Of a stretch of 64,000 nt of DNA, positions 51,422 through 64,000 are shown in pieces. The DNA comes from Antedon mediterranea (lineage: Eukaryota; Animalia; Echinodermata). How positions within the stretch are numbered: position 1 is the first letter of the stretch; the number at the start of each line of letters is the position of its first letter. The stretch spans positions 30,538,912 through 30,602,911 of the forward strand of contig NC_092675.1 in the NCBI RefSeq assembly GCF_964355755.1, read 5' to 3'. The position numbers and the translations under genes are program-made. The notes beneath the pieces are model-generated. The model was given only the letters and a program-made list of their open reading frames with translations. It did no database searches and had not been told where the DNA came from.

Positions 51422-54400
51422 TTAATCAATAGCGGTTTTTGTAAGGAGGTTCTTCAATTCTGATTGGTCGGTTCTTGCTGCTGCTGTTGCTGTTGACGGT
51501 GGGTCATCACACCCTGGGGTCGTGGCTGTAGATTCCAACTGGAACTCCACATGACTTCCTTCACTGCTGTCATCTGTAATGAAACCAATGTGAAAGATTG
51601 AATAATCAATAGTAACTCTCTGTCCACACGATAAGACTTAGATAATTTTATTTATACTTTCAAGTGTTTATAGTCACTCTCTGTTCACATGATGAGATTC
51701 ATGTTCAATATTATGCACTTTAATTATTTATCAAAACTAATGGAAAAGAAGGAGTTTGTTGGTTCTTCATTTAGTGCTACATAAAAACACGATCACAACT
51801 ATTAATTCTTTTAAAACAACAAACAATACTGCTATGATGTTGATTATAGATCATGCATGTTTTAATTTGGTGATTAAACTCCCACTCACTCACAACTTGA
51901 AATACATCATTCAGGTTGTCATCGCTCAATGACTGTTAAAAACATTAATGTCTTAATTTGATACAGAATTCAATTCAAGTATGATAATTGATTATTATTT
52001 TATATTCTTCTCATTGGATCATAACAATGCAACCCACTTAGGAAATTTGCAATATATATGGCAAGGCGACAGAAATATTGAATGATTTTCAATTTCAAGC
52101 CTTGAGGAAAATGGACTGCTAAAATATAAATTAAAAACCGAAGAGTAAAGTCCAATTATTTGATGACCTTTGACAGTTGTCATTGGCGACTGTTTGATAT
52201 ATTTATTGCAATAATGTATAAAAATTGAAACATTTTTTAACAAAAACAAAAAAAGAAATTTAAACAGTAAATGTTAGGATACACTTTTATCAAGCTCATT
52301 TTGAGTGTTTATGTTATTTTTACTTTTAATCTCTTTATCAACATTATTTTATAATTTCTATATTGTAACGATGTTGAATAAAATATATTTGAATTGATTG
52401 AGTATGTTGACATTGCGTAATGTTATAATCTCATTCTGCACAATATATTTTACAAATGTTGTTGATAGAGTAGGTCATTTTATTACTGTAATATAATAAA
52501 AAATTGGGAGTTAGGCCCTTAGGCGACTTAAAAGAACACATAACACTAAACTTGGCGCATTTTACTAAATTAAATAAACTGGGACCGACATTATTTTTAT
52601 CCTAGTAAATGATGATGTCATTGAAAACATTTAAAATTTACAGTAGAAAGACAGATGTATATCTTGCATGTTGTTCTCACGAAAAGATAAATAAAGCTGT
52701 ATGGATTGACCTCGGAGGAGATAATGCAGTTCTTCAATTAGAATAGAAAGGAGTCATCATCAACCAACAATCATGTTGTTTGTTATTTTAGATGCAAATT
52801 TCAGAACATACAGCTAACATGACTAATTTATATTGATGTAACTATTTTTTGTTGCTACTCTCAATTTAATTTATTGTAGAGTTTCAAAATTGTAAAAGAA
52901 GTTTAACAATTATAATACGAAAGTATAAAGAAACATGAGATATTAAAAGTATTTATAGCAATAATCTGATGAAGCTGAAGCTATAGGGTAGTATTGCTTG
53001 CCACATCAAATTATCTAAAACAATGTTTGATGCAAAGGAATCATGTGAAACTATCATACTGCATTTACTGCAGTAAGTACATTTTACAATAAACATTTTC
53101 AATTGTTTGAATGTCAAAGAAGCCAAACAAAGTGAAGTTACATGGTCCAAATAATATTTTTTTAAATAATAGAATATGAAATATATTATTTTGTGTACAA
53201 AAAGACAATAGGAGTGTCATAATAAAAGGCAGTCAAATTACATAGTTGACCTAAATGAACTATAATCAATTGATGTGTAACCAGGAAAATGAAAATCAAT
53301 TGTAAACTTTTGTAAAAACAAAAGTAAATTAATAAATTAACGACTGTGATGTTTAATATCCATCATGCTGCATCATGTATCAAGTGACTGTGATGTTTAA
53401 TATCCATCATGCTGCATCATGTATCAAGTGTCTGTGATGTTTAATATCCATCATGCTGCATCATGTATCAAGTGTCTGTGATGTTTAATATCCATCATGC
53501 TGCATCATGTATCAAGTGTCTGTGATGTTTAATATCCATCATGCTGCATCATGTATCAAGTGTCTGTGATGTTTAATATCCATCATGCTGCATCATGTAT
53601 CAAGTGTCTGTGATGTTTAATATCCACCATGCTGCATCATGTATCAAGTGACTGTGATGTTTAATATCCATCATGCTGCATCATGTATCAAGTGTCTGTG
53701 ATGTTTAATATCCATCATGCTGCATCATGTATCAAGTGTCTGTGATGTTTAATATCCATCATGCTGCATCATGTATCAAGTGTCTGTGATGTTTAATATC
53801 CATCATGCTGCATCATGTATCAAGTGTCTGTGATGTTTAATATCCATCATGCTGCATCATGTATCAAGTGTCTGTGATGTTTAATATCCATCATGCTGCA
53901 TCATGTATCAAGTGTCTGTGATGTTTAATATCCATCATGCTGCATCATGTATCAAGTGTCTGTGATGTTTAATATCCATCATGCTGCATCATGTATCAAG
54001 TGTCTGTGATGTTTAATATCCATCATGCTGCATCATGTATCAAGTGTATTCCTTCTCTATGCACCATGCTAACAATGCAATTCATCAATCAATATAATAA
54101 TAATAGTATTTTTACTCACTATTGTTTACATACTATTCATTGAAAATGAATTATCTTTTTTAAAAAAAGTATCTTCAACAACGCTTAATTTTGTAATCAA
54201 TATTTTGTTTTGTTTGGAACATTCTGATGGAAGCATTGACAACACGAACCGCACATTTATATACTTTGCGTAGGTAGATGTAAATTAACATGAACAAGGC
54301 ACTTATATTCTTTTTGTAGGTAGATGCAAAAAAAACATGAATAAATGTATTATATATCCTGTAAACAAGAGGTTGCAAAGACATATTTAATACAACTTTA

Positions 54401-57400
54401 AAAAAATAGGGAACTTTCAAAGATGATGAGCTATGCATGACGCAACTATGAGATCTTGTTCCGAATATGAGCACTGTGATTTGACAGCTGTATTATATAT
54501 ATATATATGTGTGTGTGTGTAGTAATGTAGTTAGGAAGTTACGGCCTGTGTGTTAATAGTATTATTGCACATGTCTTTGTACAAACCTTTGTTTCTTTTT
54601 TTTAAATGCTTGACTCAGTTTTATTTGGTTTTTTTTTTTCATGGTTAAAAGGTACAAAATATCTGCATTACCTATGCACAAGAATCATGAACAGGAATAG
54701 CTTTTTAGAATATTTCCATGTTTCAACATATGGAGCAATGCATTGTCGGTGCGAATTGGTCAATTTGAGGATGCAACCTATTGGGTGGTCCTTTTCCATG
54801 CTGGATTGCTTTTTGAGCTGTAAGTGCTGCTGTTTTGCTTGCTCTTTATGTATATATGATATTTGTGTTCTGTTGTTGGGGAGCGCAATACAAAACAAAA
54901 GTGGCCTCTAGTCGTTGTATAATACCTCTATCTTTTAATCATCCAGTCAAATTATTAGGGTAGCAAACTAATAATGAGGGCAGCAAACTTGAATAAAGTG
55001 ATGTAGCTAGCAGTGGATATTTTCATCTGTGTATTTTCCACTGTGTATTTTCCAGACTTTTTGGAATAAATGAAAAATAAATAATTGAAGGCATGCTGAG
55101 AATATTCTTGTCTTAATCAATTGGATACACATCAGGAAGATAATAAAAGATATATGGTTCATACCGTTGTCAGAGGAGACTTGCTTGTGAGAAGGGGCAT
55201 ACAAAAAGATAACAGCAACCACATAGATGTTCCACATGCCATAAACACCGGTGAAGAAGGCGCTGCTAATCTGAAGCGTCTTCTCATGTCCCATTTTATA
55301 GTGATCTTCATAAACTTGACTCAAAATGAAGAAGATTACAGTGAGGGCAGCACATAACAAGGTGAACAACATGAAGAACTTGAATCTGAAAATCAAACCC
55401 TAAAAAAAAAAATAGCAAGACATTTAGAAAAAGTGAGACAGCAAGATTGTTCACCTTCCCGCACAAATAAGTATACAAAAAAAGAATATTATGTTATAAA
55501 ATGTTAAAATTTAATATTACTAGATAGGTAGTAAAAAAGGAAATCAAATTTCTTTTAGATTTAACTTCAACAATACCTCATAATGAAGGCGTCTCGCTTT
55601 GGCCATGTGTGGAAGCGCCAGACGTTTAATACTGATGTTTCTGAATATTTGCCACACCATGAAACAAAGAAACAGGAAGTAAGCACTGAAACAGATCCCA
55701 GCCATAACAAGAAATATCATCTACACTCAGATAAGGAATTTATCATTATAGACAAGCAGACACTATTTCCATCGGAATGAATGGAATTCGAACGATGTTC
55801 GTAAAAAAAATATATTTTGTTAAAGCTATAAATATCTTTGTATAGAAAAGAAAAGGAGGTGGACATGAAAAACATTGTTGCCTTGTCTCAGGTACTTTGC
55901 TTGAAACTTACAAATGATAATATGAATATTGATGATGATAATGAAGATGATAATGATATTATGATGATGACGATAATATTATGATGACGATGCAGATGTA
56001 TTGTGTTTAATTCACACTGAAAGGATACAGCCAAGTTTTTGCCCGTCTCTGTTGTCCATAAAGTGAAGAATGGATTTGAAATCTGCACTCCTCTGCAAAT
56101 TACAAAGAGTTGATTTACATTGTTATTCTAGTAGTACATTATAACACTGTTATTCTAGAACTATAATCCCTAATAGGAGAGCATCAACATGAAACATGGA
56201 TATAACATACTAAAATTAAAAATTAAGCAATAGTGGTAGAGTTGATTGGCAGCTTGCCTTACAATCCTAAGTTCTGGTTCTATTCACAGATGTCATTATT
56301 AAGTTACAAGTGACAAGGCTAGTGACACTATAAGTCTACACAACAGTGACAAATGCTCTAAACAGGGTCACTTACTCCATAAACCTACACATCTCATTAA
56401 GATTACAAATGTGCGTCTGGTTCATATTCTACATTTGATCAAGATACTTTACTTACCTTTCGCACATGTCAAAGACAAACATACAAAAACAACAAAAAGC
56501 AATTGTTCCAACTTGCTTCCAGTAGGCACTCAATCTTGCTCGCTCAACTGTGTCCTAAAAATTGAAGAAAAGAAAATATATACGACAGAAGTTCTTGTAT
56601 TCCTTGCTATACATTTATAAACATGTTACACAAGCTTGTCCAATCACTTATTTGCGCACAAGAATGCAAACATTTTGTATAGAACAAATTTCCACTCTCA
56701 ACTTGCACTTTCAATTTCAACGCAAAAAACGGTTTGGAAGATGGAAATGTGTTAAAAGCACGCAAATAAATTGGTCTAGTGTGAAAGGCTAATATTTCAA
56801 TGTTAAGTAATTGATGAATTTAATTACCATGAGATGTTCACCAACAAATATGATCCAAGACGAGAGTAACGTGGCGTAAAAGATTCCTTGACGTATGTCA
56901 CTAATCAGCAACATGTATGGGATGTTGAACCAGAACGTAAACCATTCAATTGGTACTGAAAACAACAAGGTCAAAGGTTAAAAACACAAATCTTGATTTC
57001 AGTACCTTTTATAAGTTTTTTAACTATCCTGGAAAAAGTGTTTAATGTCTTTTTTCATTGTCAGTAAATTATGTAATATTTAAACACTTTTTCTAAATAA
57101 AATCAAATAAAATAAACTTGTTTGTTAATAATTAATACTTACTATTGAGGAAGGTAATAGAAATTCCAAGAACCATAACAAATCTGTGAAATAAAAGTGT
57201 GATTGTGTAATCAGGAGTTAATGGTATACTACTCCTATATCATGGAATTAACAAATGTGATTGTGTAATCAGGAGTTAATGGTATACTACTCCTATATCA
57301 TGGAATTAACAAATGTGATTGTGTAATCAGGAGTTAATGGTATACTACTCCTATATCATGGAATTAACAAATGTGATTGTGTAATCAGGAGTTAATGGTA

Positions 57401-60400
57401 TACTACTCCTATATCATGGAATTAACAAATGTGATTGTGTAATCATGAGTTAATGGTATACTACTCCTATATCATGGAATTAACAAATGTGATTGTGTAA
57501 TCAGGAGTTAATGGTATACTACTCCTATATCATGGAATTAACAAATGTGATTGTGTAATCAGGAGTTAATGGTATACTACTCCTATATCATGGAATTAAC
57601 AAATGTGATTGTGTAATCAGGAGTTAATGGTATACTACTCCTATATCATGGAATTAACAAATGTGATTGTGTAATCAGGAGTTAATGGTATACTACTCCT
57701 ATATCATGGAATTAACAAATGTGATTGTGTAATCAGGAGTTAATGGTATACTACTCCTATATCATGGAATTAACAAATGTGATTGTGTAATCAGGAGTTA
57801 ATGGTATACTACTCCTATATCATGAAATTAACAAATGTGATTGTGTGATCAGGAGTTAATGGTATACTACTCCTATATCATGGAATTAACAAATGTGATT
57901 GTGTAATCAGGAGTTAATGGTATACTCCTATATCATGGAATTAACAAATGTGATTGTGTAATCAGGAGTTAATGGTATACTACTCCTATATCATGGAATT
58001 AACAAATGTGATTGTGTAATCAGGAGTTAATGGTATACTACTCCTATATCATGAAATTAACAAATGTGATTGTGTAATCAGGAGTTAATGGTATACTACT
58101 CCTATATCATGGAATTAACAAATGTGATTGTGTAATCAGGAGTTAATGGTATACTCCTATATCATGGAATTAACAAATGTGATTGTGTAATCAGGAGTTA
58201 ATGGTATACTACTCCTATATCATGGAATTAACAAATGTGATTGTGTAATCAGGAGTTAATGGTATACTACTCCTATATCATGAAATTAACGAATGTGATT
58301 GTGTAATCAGGAGTTAATGGTATACTCCTCCTATATCATGGAATTAACAAATGTGATTGTGTAATCAGGAGTTAATGGTATACTACTCCTATATCATGGA
58401 ATTAACAAATGTGATTGTGTAATCAGGAGTTAATGGTATACTACTCCTATATCATGGAATTAACAAATGTGCATATACTTATATACAGTACATCACATGT
58501 AAGGTGGATTCACATGGAGAGGACTATGAAAGTCAACATGATGTAGCTTTCAAATTGTGATGAAATCTATTTTCAGGGTTTGCTTGTCTTTTACAGATTA
58601 ATATCCTTTTCACATCTGCATATATTATTACAAAAATTACAATCAATTATTGATCATTCTCCCGGTTTATTATTATTTTCATACACGCATACAGGAACCC
58701 TGAGAAACTTTGGAAGAAAAGCATAGTTGCGCGCTATTTGATTACTATGATTGGTCAGTTTAATACCAGGGCAATACACACACGCGCAGTGAGAACTCGG
58801 AACAACAGGCCTCTCATCAGTGTGTTTTCCCAGAGGTCGTCTGTGAAATCTTGGGAGATTTTCAACAAAATTGTTTTCACACTACCCTAATATGCAAACC
58901 TAGTTACAACTTGTTACAAGTTGTTACATTTTGCAGATGTGAAAAGTGATAATAAGACAACTGTGACAATTATACTGAAGAAATATTGTATCATATTGTA
59001 ACTGTAGATCATAATCAAGTTGTTTATATTTTTCTGTCTTACTTTTAATATTTGTTTTGTATTTGGAATAAATGGAATTAAATCTATGTTTTTTTTTCAC
59101 ATTGTAATTCATTTAAAACTAATAAAAACTTTTGAATGTCATACTTTTCCATAAGAACTGGCGATCGATTTAACTTGGAGATTCTTAGCCAGAACCAGAT
59201 GAGGAAAACAAGTGGAATAGGTGTCATGACAGTCTTCATTGTCAGCCAAACTAAGGTAAAACCACCAGTTTGATGAATCTCCTAAAACGGTAAAACAATG
59301 AGTGAGTGGCCAAGCGGTTAAGACAGTGGAACCATAATATGTAGCTATAACATCAGCAAGGTCTTCGAGGCTCAATCGCTCCATGGTTCTGGTGGTAGAA
59401 CGAGTCTTCTTGGATAATGACTACTGTATAAACCATAGGTCAAGTGTACACATCTGGTTCATTTGCACTTTAAATAACCTAGTACATCTTTTGAGACGAG
59501 TAGGGGGTTTCCCCGGTGTACTAGTACATTACAGCCACTGTTTCATCATAGTACTACAGTATACTATACACTGGGCCCTCTGGGAGAACAGTATTTGACT
59601 AAGAGGCTACCCAGTATAAAGAACAAATAATAACAATCTTTGATTTCATTTACATAAATAAACACAATTTGTATAGATGTAAATTATTATGACATAGCAT
59701 TTTAGTAGAGGAGAGAGATATTTGTTATATTAGTAAGATAACCAAAATGAATAATAATAATGTCTTTAATAAAATAGAACTCACAATGATCCAAATATCA
59801 TTGATACTGCCTAACTTAGTGTTGTACTTCTGTTCATTGGTTTTTTTGTTAAATTCTACCGGTAATCGAATATTGATTAGGTACTGCTTATGATGGCAGG
59901 TGCTTAATTCAAAGAACGGTAGAGGCTCACAATCATACGGGTCACCGTCAACTGGACCTTCGTCTTCATTCTATAAAAGACAAATTCATCAACAGAACAT
60001 TTCAATTACAATCAATATGGCTGATATTTTTAAAAGTTCAACTAAGTTCACAACTTTTAAGTCCTAAAAACAATTTCAGAAATGTTTACATAAACATACG
60101 AGTCATAGTCTGACAAGTCATTATGACATTTCATGTTTGACAAAATATATTTAAATACTTTTTAAGTTTAGACTATCAAACTAGTTTGCCCAAATATGGT
60201 GGTGATGTGCCTATATATGGTAGTGATATGACATCATTATGTCCATGTATGGGCCCATCACATTTTTTGTCACATAAAGTTTGATAGTGTAGACAGAGGC
60301 TAATAGTTAGTATTTCAACTTCTTCTCGCATTTAAATTTACAGAATTTAATATTTACCGAGTGCAGCAGACATTCAAGTTTTCTTGTTTCTGTTACTCTA

Positions 60401-61528
60401 GTAAGTTCTTTCCAATCTTCATACTCACTATCTCTGTAACCAACACGCACAATCATTGTCATTTCTTCTGGTGCTATTAAAAAAATGTTAACAAAAATGC
60501 ATTCAATGGTCTTAAAATATAAATATAAAAGTATTGATTGCCTAATTGTGAGGTTTAGGAATAAGTCTGGACTGGATTTCATTTCATTTTTTTAATTACA
60601 TGATACTTAGATATAAACAATTAAATTGATAAAGTGCATGTATAAACACTATTTTTTAGCAAAAAGTAACAACATTATTATTTTGGATTATGATTTACTT
60701 GTACATAATTAAGCTTCCCTGTATTTAATAATAATAATAGTAATTATTAATAAGTATTTTTTTAATGTAGTAAAACAATTTTTTTTAAAAGCTAACCATC
60801 AGGAACAGTTAACTGGTACTGTGTTTCCAATCTGAGCATGGTTAGTATGAATTGAAAGCTACGACTCATATTATACGGCCTATGTGGCATTTGTAACGAA
60901 AAAACGATCTGATTCGCATCGAAGTACTTCCTTGCTGCCTCTTCAAAGTTAGCAACTTTGGAACACTCTCCAGGTCCGTTGGGTATGAACCATTTATGAA
61001 CATTGTCGGCAGGGTCTACGCATTTGGTGGTCAGGTGACTATTGGCATCTGTAGGTTTTGGAGCTAAATAAACAAAAAGAACATTTAACATTGTTAAAAC
61101 AAAGAAAAATTTTCCCGCATTTAAAACATACATTATTCATTAAAATCATTTTATTTTAAAAGTTGTAATGGAAACAGCAGTAAGTAGTGCCATAATAATT
61201 TGAGAGATCTATACTGGATGAATAAAGCAGAATGTACCCCCATGTTCTTCCAACTAAATAGCCTAGATAAATCACAGTAGGCCTTAGCCTTATCAAGAAA
61301 TTGAATTTGCTTCACATTCTCATCTTCTTCAGTTCACTCACTCACGTCAAGCCTGACTGGTCGCTCGGCGGCGGCGCGGCCGGAGTGAATTGAGTGAAGT
61401 GAAAACTTATTATGCAACTTACCGATAAGTCCCCCGACCAAGAAACAAATTATCTGAACTATTAGCAGGATTACACAAAAACCGAACAACTTCTTGGTAC
61501 TGAGATTCTCTAAAATAACACCAGCCAT
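51422..61528 (-). CDS. WLS: Protein wntless (Wnt cargo receptor)
   Basis: [15 protein letters not shown]...FLVGGLIAP; [24 protein letters not shown]; IHQTGGFT; [27 protein letters not shown]; [19 protein letters not shown]; [22 protein letters not shown]; last exon ~51573-51422. Confidence 0.95.
53344..54046. repeat. 44-bp minisatellite (~16 copies)
   Basis: ctgtgatgtttaatatccatcatgctgcatcatgtatcaagtgt repeated. Confidence 0.95.
55721..56028 (-). other. U12-type (minor spliceosome) GT-AG intron in WLS
   Basis: Donor GTATCCTT; branch-like TTCCTTATC ~9 nt before the AG; no polypyrimidine tract. Confidence 0.75.
57197..58470. repeat. 58-bp minisatellite (~22 copies) adjacent to a WLS acceptor
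   Basis: aaatgtgattgtgtaatcaggagttaatggtatactactcctatatcatggaattaac repeated. Confidence 0.95.
59300..59635 (+). mobile_element. tRNA-derived SINE with Deu/Nin-like core
   Basis: GTGGCCAAGCGGTTAAGAC head; core ggataatgact..taaaccataggtc..gcactttaaataacc..gagtagggggtttccccggtgt; A/T-rich tail. Confidence 0.65.
60170..60299. mobile_element. MITE (same family as 28663)
   Basis: actatcaaactagtttg ... agtttgatagtgtagacagag. Confidence 0.75.
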
Positions 61529-62749
61529 GATTCTAAATGAGAAAAAACAAATAATTTGCTGAAAATGTATGGATATCCGTAGGTGGTCGTTTTCTGCTTT
61601 GTTAAGCGGCGGTTAGATTTAATTACTTTAATAAATACCAAAAATACCTCTTGATTGCGCATGCTTATCGAACCTTCTCTTTTCCGTTTGTCAAATAAAG
61701 TGCGTGTGCAATGCGTTCATATATTAATTGATAACACTTTGTGTCAGCGGCGCGCGCACTCACAGCAAGAAAATAATTTTTTTTAAAGAGAAGTAATTTT
61801 AACTTTAATGTAGCCTAGCATACATTAGCATTATATTAGAGGCACACCTTAGGCAGTAACATTTTCGAATAAAATTGAAATTGAATTGTATGGAGATTCA
61901 GGATAAGGCAATAATCTCTCTGATATTAGGTCTACAATGAAAATACTTCTCATATGATCTTTCCATTTGATTTGGTTTGACTTTAATTTATTTAGTTGTT
62001 AAAAGTGACAACATGGTATGAATACATGATAATGTAGCACAATTAAAAACTGTAGCAGACTAGTATTTCCAGCAATAATAAATAATTATAATTTCACACA
62101 CAATTTGATGTATTTTTCTTTGTTGTTTTATTGTCTTAATTATGCCAAGCAAAACGAATTTCCATTTTAAAGTGGACCAATACAATTTCTTGAATCTTGA
62201 ATCACAAACACGTTATCTAGAATTAATAGGGTAATAAAATACAATAAAACTGTAACATAATAAAATTGTAAAAAGAATACAGGTTTAAAAGGTTCATAAT
62301 CATGGAACAAAATAGTGTTTTACATAATATTAAAAATTAAACCATAATTGCAATTAAATGAAGAAAAACAATAACAATTTCAGAATGAAATTAATTAAGT
62401 AAACACACAGAGAGAAGCCTTAAAAACTTTATTCAAAATGTTAAACTTTATTTCAATTCAATCAGTTCTTCCGAATTTTCTTTTTGGAATATGATATGAG
62501 GTCCTTCACTGAGTTTGAAAGAAACGCAATCGCGTTTCTAAACTATACAGTGAACGCGAAATGTCAAACTTCTTCACCGCTGTATACAAGGAAAACTAAT
62601 TCAGGTCAAAGGTCAGTTAAAGTCAACAAAACAAAAATTAGAAGAAGAATTGAAACAAGTGGCAACGTAGGCCAGTATCACGTAGGCAGGCATGTACCGC
62701 TAACATTACTAAATTAAATTGACGGTTGTTGAAATATAATTTCAACATC

Positions 62750-63077
62750 ATGCCTCTTCCAAACAAGGCATATAAAGAAGGATGTTGGATTGTTTTTCTT
62801 TGTTCTGTGTGGTACACAAGCAGTTCAGGACAAAATGTAATAAATAAGCAACTTCTAGGATATTTTCCGTACCCTGTCACGATATCAATGGTTCACATGC
62901 TTGCCGTTGCCTTGTTTCTTATACCGGTATTACGAATTCGAAAAGTAGAAAAACTAAAAATTCATGATAAACGTCGGTTTTTAATTCTTGTTCTTCCATT
63001 GGCTTTTGGAAAGTTTTTTGCATCAATATCTTCTCATCTAAGTATTGCAAGCGTGTCAGTGTCTTTTGCTCATACGG
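62750..63077 (+). CDS. SLC35E1: Solute carrier family 35 member E1-like, first coding exon
   Basis: LCSVWYTSSSGQNVINKQLL..FPYPVTISMVH..LPLAFGKFFASISSH.SI..VSVSFAHT|gtaagt; head-to-head with WLS. Confidence 0.85.
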
Positions 63078-64000
63078 GTAAGTAATATTATTATTATTAA
63101 TTATTATATTAATAAAAAAAAATGGGAAAAAAAAGTGGCAAAAGGCCATCATAAATGTTTTTAATTATACGTTTAATACTAGTTTATTATTATTTTATTG
63201 CTAAATCATGTCAATTTTGTGGTTATTTATGATTTAATCATGAAGAAAATTCTTGAAATGTGATCGATCAAGATTAAATGTGTTTTTAATTTGCAACCGT
63301 ATATGAGTGTTAATGTATTCTATTTGCCACATGTTGTTTAATTTGTTTCGTAAGAATTGATTATAAATATTTAACCGCATATAATTTTATTCACAGCGCA
63401 AGTCTAATGATTTTGTATTAAAAAGCAAACATGAGACAGTATAATTTTATTATTGTAAATTTTCAAATTCAAATTATTATTATATTATATATAAATTAAT
63501 ATTTGTCCACAGAGCGATTAAAATGTCCAAAAGACTTACAAAACCACATTATTAAAATTTCAAATCTCAAAATTGTTTCCAATTATTATTTTTATAAATT
63601 GTTATTGGATAAATTGAATACAGATATAAAAATATTGGCTATTCGATTGTGTTCGACAAAAATGTGAAAGAAACCTTTGAATGGTAAATGCTAATTATTG
63701 CAAATTAATTAAGCTTGTTCATTGGGTATTTACTTAATGTTGTAAAAATAATCCACTAAATACTAAATGAAAAAATACAAAAATCAAAGTCAAAGAATAT
63801 ACGTCCCATGTGTGCGCTAAATGTATTATGATGGCATATGGAAGTCTAGAGGTAGAGAAGTCTATGCCACGTTACAGATTGATTCTTAAATGATTAACTA
63901 CAATGCCATTCAAAATCTACTTTTCTCGTTAGTATATTTCTCATGAAAATAGGTACTGCAGGAATATTAATATATTTTTACTGTTTAGTCAACATTTACT

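Noticed and set aside
54852-54910. Alternative WLS terminal exon
   Set aside because: Weak acceptor and no recognisable homology; unsupported without transcripts.

Overview
AT-rich, intron-rich animal genomic DNA, most likely an invertebrate deuterostome (ST6GalNAc-type sialyltransferase, Deu/Nin-like SINEs); it is not prokaryotic. Eight protein-coding genes can be reconstructed by hand: (1) a minus-strand 13+-exon gene running off the left edge whose spliced frame joins an ARM-like helical region, a Neuralized (NHR) domain and a Mab-21/cGAS-like nucleotidyltransferase (cGLR) domain that the ORF track misses; (2) a divergent ribonucleotide reductase small subunit, head-to-head with it; (3) a Ras/DIRAS-like GTPase with no CAAX box; (4) a coiled-coil protein with a CHORD-like Cys/His module; (5) UBE3C; (6) an ST6GalNAc III-VI-type sialyltransferase; (7) wntless (WLS) with a U12-type intron; (8) exon 1 of SLC35E1. 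Non-coding DNA holds many minisatellites (often anchored at stop codons or splice sites), MITEs, SINEs and several CAT...ATG micro-palindromes with 7-bp target-site duplications that look like P-element excision footprints. Exon coordinates were read manually and may be off by a few bases.
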